Below are positions 8,280 through 11,892 of a stretch of 11,892 bases of DNA, one piece after another. How positions within the stretch are numbered: position 1 is the first letter of the stretch; every line of letters starts with the position of its first letter. The notes under the pieces were generated by a model that was not told where the DNA came from, made no database searches, and worked only from the letters and a program-made list of their open reading frames with translations. The translations under genes and the position numbers were made by a program. Origin of the DNA: Candidatus Altarchaeum sp. (GTDB lineage: Archaea; Altiarchaeota; Altiarchaeia; Altiarchaeales; Altiarchaeaceae); NCBI GenBank assembly GCA_018260615.1, contig JAGWDQ010000129.1:1-11892 (forward strand). Reading direction: 5' to 3'.

Positions 8280-8370
8280 CATTTGTTATTATCTTTTTAA
8301 TCATTTTTGGATTTGGCAGGTATTTTTATAAAATTTTTTAAATTTCAATTTTTTTAAATTTTAGATTAAA
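8280..8370 (+). repeat. Diverged third copy (C) of the upstream cassette preceding zinc-ribbon copy 3
   Basis: catttgttattatctttttaatcatttttggatttggcaggtatttttataaaattttttaaatttc aligns with 7845-7905 and 11671-11740, with scattered substitutions. Confidence 0.8.
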
Positions 8371-8427
8371 TTTAGTAATATATTTATAACAAAATAAATA
8401 ACAATACGCAAAAGAAAAAATAAGAAC

Positions 8428-9378
8428 ATGACAATGGATTTGAGATGTCCCATATGCAAAAGTAACAAAATAAATTATTACGGGCAGGCATTTGCAAAAT
8501 ATGCAAGTTCTGAGGCACAATATGTATGCAAGGATTGTGGGTATGTTGGAGCGTTGATTTTAGATGTAAGTGCAGATGAAGACAAAAACAAAAATTCCAT
8601 AGAAAGTGATCTAAAAGAAATGAGTATGACGACAGATATAAATGAAATAGACGCAGAAAGTGATATAAAAGAAAAAGAGGAAGAAAGTCATATAAGAGAG
8701 ATGCCTACAGAAAGTGATCTTGCTCTTGCTTGGAAATTCATGGATGAAAAGACCTCATTAATAGAAAGTGATTTAAAAGAAACGGATAAAGAAAGTAGTG
8801 ATTTAAATGATGAACCAATTACGCCTCAAGAGTCCATTCCAGCAGAAATAAAGAACATCCTTGCCGGCGAACATTACGATTTTATTGTACATGCAAAACG
8901 CACTGTTTTTATAGGGGACTCAATACTTTTTTTAATCATATGTTTAGTTATGTTATTTATATTGGGAATAGGTACTGCAGAACCACATAAAAATCCCATG
9001 TCTTTTGTAGTTGGATTGTTTTTGTTATTGTTTTTGTTATATTTCATAGTTACTGCAATTAGTGATATATTTTTTAATGATGCATGGATTATTGGCACTT
9101 CAAAAAAGTTATCAAAGTATCAAAAAAACAAAATAGAATCTTTTAATTGGGAAGAATTGACAGATGTTATTAAAGTTAATGGCACTCAGGAGGACGGTTC
9201 TATAGAAATATTAACAAATATAATAATCAGTAACGATGAAGGTCCAGATTATCAAAAAACTATATACATAGGCGGAATTAAAAATGTATCTCAAATTGCA
9301 AAGTTAATAAGAAAACGAATTAACGAGAACGATCTAACCATTCGTAATTCCATTCAATGGATTTCATTAAAAGATTAA
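8428..9378 (+). CDS. Zinc-ribbon module copy 3 with acidic 9-aa repeats, two TM helices and a soluble C-terminal domain (possibly bPH-like)
   Basis: MDLRCPICKSNKINYY...YVCKDCGYVGALILDVS; ESDLKE-type repeats; hydrophobic helices SILFLIICLVMLFILGIG and FVVGLFLLLFLLYFIV. The PH-like call rests only on a WIIGT...SFNWEELTDV pattern. Confidence 0.85.
   Translation: MTMDLRCPICKSNKINYYGQAFAKYASSEAQYVCKDCGYVGALILDVSADEDKNKNSIESDLKEMSMTTDINEIDAESDIKEKEEESHIREMPTESDLALAWKFMDEKTSLIESDLKETDKESSDLNDEPITPQESIPAEIKNILAGEHYDFIVHAKRTVFIGDSILFLIICLVMLFILGIGTAEPHKNPMSFVVGLFLLLFLLYFIVTAISDIFFNDAWIIGTSKKLSKYQKNKIESFNWEELTDVIKVNGTQEDGSIEILTNIIISNDEGPDYQKTIYIGGIKNVSQIAKLIRKRINENDLTIRNSIQWISLKD
8599..8814 (+). repeat. 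Degenerate 27-nt (9-aa) tandem coding repeat, 8 units
   Basis: agaaagt(g/c/a) at 8601, 8655, 8682, 8709, 8763 and 8790, all spaced by multiples of 27 nt. Confidence 0.75.
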
Positions 9379-9412
9379 AACAAAACCAAATAAAAGATTA
9401 AAACAAGGAAAA

Positions 9413-10117
9413 ATGGAAAAAAATACAACCCATGAACTTTACGAACAAGTCGCGGGAAAAGAAAATGAGCAAATAAATAGTATGGAGAATATAACAAAAT
9501 GTGGGGGAGAGCAGGAAAAATCAGAGCCGAATATTACATTTGCGAGGGATTTAACGGAAATTAAAAAAGAATTAAACAGCCAATCAACAGATACACGGTC
9601 GCAGCAACCGCCGCTGCAGGAATTTTCAAACGCCCAGCCAATTTGGCATCTTGTTCTTTTATCAATAGCTACTTTTAGTTTCTATGAAATTTACTGGTTT
9701 TACCGGAACTGGAAGCATCTCAAAGCACATGTGGGTTTGGACATAAGTCCCGGCTGGAGAACAGTCGGTCTTTTTGTCCCACTAGTCGGACTTGTTTTAG
9801 TATATGATCAATTTAACAATATCCGAAAGTATGCAAGAAATGCAGGATGTATGGCAGATTATTCACCGGGTTTGTTATTGAGTATTGTTATAATTTGTAA
9901 TGTAATAGCATTGCACGCTCCAGATCCCTATTGGCTTATAGGTTTTCTTGGTGTTCTACCACTTACAGTTGTCCAAGCGGTTTTGAATTCATACTGGGAG
10001 AAAGAACAACAGGAATTTAAGGAAAGAACAAGTTTTTCATGGAAAGAAATAATTTTATTAATTATTGGTGGGCTTTTCTGGGCACTTGTTATAATTAGTA
10101 TGTTTATCCCTGAATAA
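9413..10117 (+). CDS. DUF4234-like membrane protein
   Basis: PIWHLVLLSIATFSFYEIYWFYRNWKHL matches the DUF4234 pattern (LLSIITxGIYxxYWFYK), followed by further TM helices. Confidence 0.65.
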   Translation: MEKNTTHELYEQVAGKENEQINSMENITKCGGEQEKSEPNITFARDLTEIKKELNSQSTDTRSQQPPLQEFSNAQPIWHLVLLSIATFSFYEIYWFYRNWKHLKAHVGLDISPGWRTVGLFVPLVGLVLVYDQFNNIRKYARNAGCMADYSPGLLLSIVIICNVIALHAPDPYWLIGFLGVLPLTVVQAVLNSYWEKEQQEFKERTSFSWKEIILLIIGGLFWALVIISMFIPE

Positions 10118-10131
10118 TTAAAAAAATAGAG

Positions 10132-11652
10132 ATGACAAAATCCGTAACTCACTACTTTGGATTAGCACTTGATCGTATAACTCGCACACCAAGAATTTTA
10201 ATTCCTTATCTTTTCACTATGGCACTGCCAGTAGTTATATGGAGCATAGTGGTAACCGTTCTAATTTTAATATTCCTGCCTTTTGCGGGAGGTATCGCTG
10301 ACTTTTTAGAAGAAAATGAAGATTGGGTATTTGATGAATATACGGATCAGAAAGAATATGAAAAAAAATTTGAAGAAAATATATTGGAAAATGATTTGTT
10401 GGCTGAATTTCAAGTCATGGAGATATTACTTTTAATTACACTCCCGATTATTTTCATTATTTCGCTGTTGTTGTATTCGTATATTGGAGGGGGAACAATT
10501 GGTTACGTATGTCTTAGCACCGCAACCGGAAGTTCCGGAATGAGATTTAAAAATTTTTTGTTCTATGCCCGAAAATACTTTTTGCGTTTATTTGCACTGA
10601 ATTTATTAAAAATTTTAGTTTTTGCCTTATGTGTCTCGCCTATATTTATTATTGCCCTAATTGAACCTGATATTGTTGCATTGTTATTGGTCATCATTGT
10701 TCCAGTACTGATGCTCTTATTCTTTTTTTTGTTTTTCACGGATGAATATATTGTTATTGAGAACTTGGGCGTTATAGATTCCATAACAAAAAGTGCAGGT
10801 TTTGTACGAAATAATTTTTCATCAGTCGTATTTTTTATTTTTATTTTAATCGCTGTGTGGGTAGTATATATTATTGTATTTATATCATCGGAAGCCATAG
10901 CAATTACTTTTAACTCTAATATTTCGCCGATGTTCTACTTCCTTGAAGCACTTGTGATAAGTCCATGGATTCACATTGCAAAAATAACTTTTTTCATGGA
11001 GCGAACAAATTGGAATTTTAGACCAGTCACTGAAAAGAGATTTAATGGCATTAAGTATATGTGGGTTATTTTCCGGAACTCTCCTAACATATTAAAAAAT
11101 TTTCTTATCTGCAATTTACATTATGTATTTTGTGTTTTAGCATTTTGTGTGACTGGCTTTGTTATTGGATACTATATGGGCAGCGAATTTTCATTTTTAG
11201 GTGATGACCTGATGGATTTTTTGATTTTAGGTGAAAAAGAAAGTTTTTTCGGGTATGTTTCAATGCCGTTTATAGACACGTTATGGTATTTTTTTAATAA
11301 TTCATCGGTAGCTATTGGCACTGCATTCGGGGGGTTGTTTTTCGGCGGAGTGCCTGCTGTTTTGGAGATGGTGATTAATTCATGTATTGTAGGGGCAGTT
11401 TATGGGATACTGCCTTTTAAAATAACAACTGCAATCATAATGCCTCACGGACCATTTGAATTATTTGCCTTTTTTATTTCAGGTGTGGCAGGCCTAAAAT
11501 TAGGGGTACACTTTATAACTAGCTCAGATAACATTGATAAAGTTTTTGATGAGACCTTAAGAATTATGTTTATCGTTATTTTGTTTTTAGTGATAGCAGC
11601 ATTTCTTGAGGCATTTATAACTCCTCTGCTAATTCACGTTGTTTTAGGATAA
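10132..11652 (+). CDS. Polytopic membrane protein with C-terminal stage II sporulation protein M (SpoIIM/DUF95) domain
   Basis: C-terminal FFNNSSVA...IMPHGPFELFAFFISGVAGLKLG...IAAFLEAFITP are SpoIIM motifs. The N-terminal ~290 aa is a separate multi-TM domain (FFFTDEYIVIENLGVIDSITKSAGFV pattern). Confidence 0.85.
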   Translation: MTKSVTHYFGLALDRITRTPRILIPYLFTMALPVVIWSIVVTVLILIFLPFAGGIADFLEENEDWVFDEYTDQKEYEKKFEENILENDLLAEFQVMEILLLITLPIIFIISLLLYSYIGGGTIGYVCLSTATGSSGMRFKNFLFYARKYFLRLFALNLLKILVFALCVSPIFIIALIEPDIVALLLVIIVPVLMLLFFFLFFTDEYIVIENLGVIDSITKSAGFVRNNFSSVVFFIFILIAVWVVYIIVFISSEAIAITFNSNISPMFYFLEALVISPWIHIAKITFFMERTNWNFRPVTEKRFNGIKYMWVIFRNSPNILKNFLICNLHYVFCVLAFCVTGFVIGYYMGSEFSFLGDDLMDFLILGEKESFFGYVSMPFIDTLWYFFNNSSVAIGTAFGGLFFGGVPAVLEMVINSCIVGAVYGILPFKITTAIIMPHGPFELFAFFISGVAGLKLGVHFITSSDNIDKVFDETLRIMFIVILFLVIAAFLEAFITPLLIHVVLG

Positions 11653-11681
11653 GGGTGTTGATTATATTAACATTTGTTATT

Positions 11682-11892
11682 ATCTTTTTAATCCTTTTTG
11701 GATTTTTGTAGGTATTTTTATAAAATTTTACAAATTTCATTCTTTTTAAATTTCTATTTTTTAAATTTTATATTGAGTTTAGCAATATAATTTTATGAAT
11801 TTTGAAAAATCAAAAAATCATAATGCAACAATGGATTTGAGATGTCCTATATGTAAAAGTAGCAGAATAAATTATTACGGAACATCAACAAC
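11682..11892 (+). repeat. Direct repeat B (identical to 7845-8055, runs off the window edge)
   Basis: Exact match to A up to the last base of the window. Confidence 0.93.
11795..11892 (+). CDS. Zinc-ribbon module copy 4, 5' partial (ATG 11795 or 11831)
   Basis: MDLRCPICKSSRINYYGTST..., identical to copy 2 and truncated by the window end just before the position where copy 2 is frameshifted. Confidence 0.7.
   Translation, partial: MNFEKSKNHNATMDLRCPICKSSRINYYGTST

Noticed and set aside
7401-10898. Minus-strand ORFs at 7401, 7480, 8038, 8338, 8874, 9928 and 10563
   Set aside because: Antisense shadows of the plus-strand zinc-ribbon and membrane genes or of the AT-rich cassette.
7436-11892. 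Diversity-generating retroelement or invertase shufflon as the diversification mechanism
   Set aside because: No reverse transcriptase, no adenine-specific TR/VR mismatch pattern (A and B are identical), no inverted cassettes and no recombinase in the window.

Overview
Very AT-rich archaeal DNA. The gene set (MfnF-like protein, euryarchaeal-type RPA, A1-U72 initiator tRNA) and low GC would fit an Altiarchaeota-like non-methanogen, but that assignment is inference only. The left half is on the minus strand: a dense ~490-bp cluster of REP/BIME-like hairpins, mfnF, initiator tRNA-Met with an unusual C33, a four-OB-fold RPA, a decayed UPF0175/PIN toxin-antitoxin remnant, and purM. The right half is an accessory-looking plus-strand region. 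It starts with a GmrSD-like DUF262/DUF1524 nuclease, followed by four copies of one ~50-aa CPxC...CxxC zinc-ribbon module, each attached to a different C-terminal tail, interspersed with DUF4234-like and SpoIIM-fusion membrane genes. A conserved upstream cassette precedes copies 2-4. A perfect direct repeat of at least 211 bp (7845-8055 = 11682-11892) brackets a 3837-bp segment, which points to recent duplication or recombination in this array.
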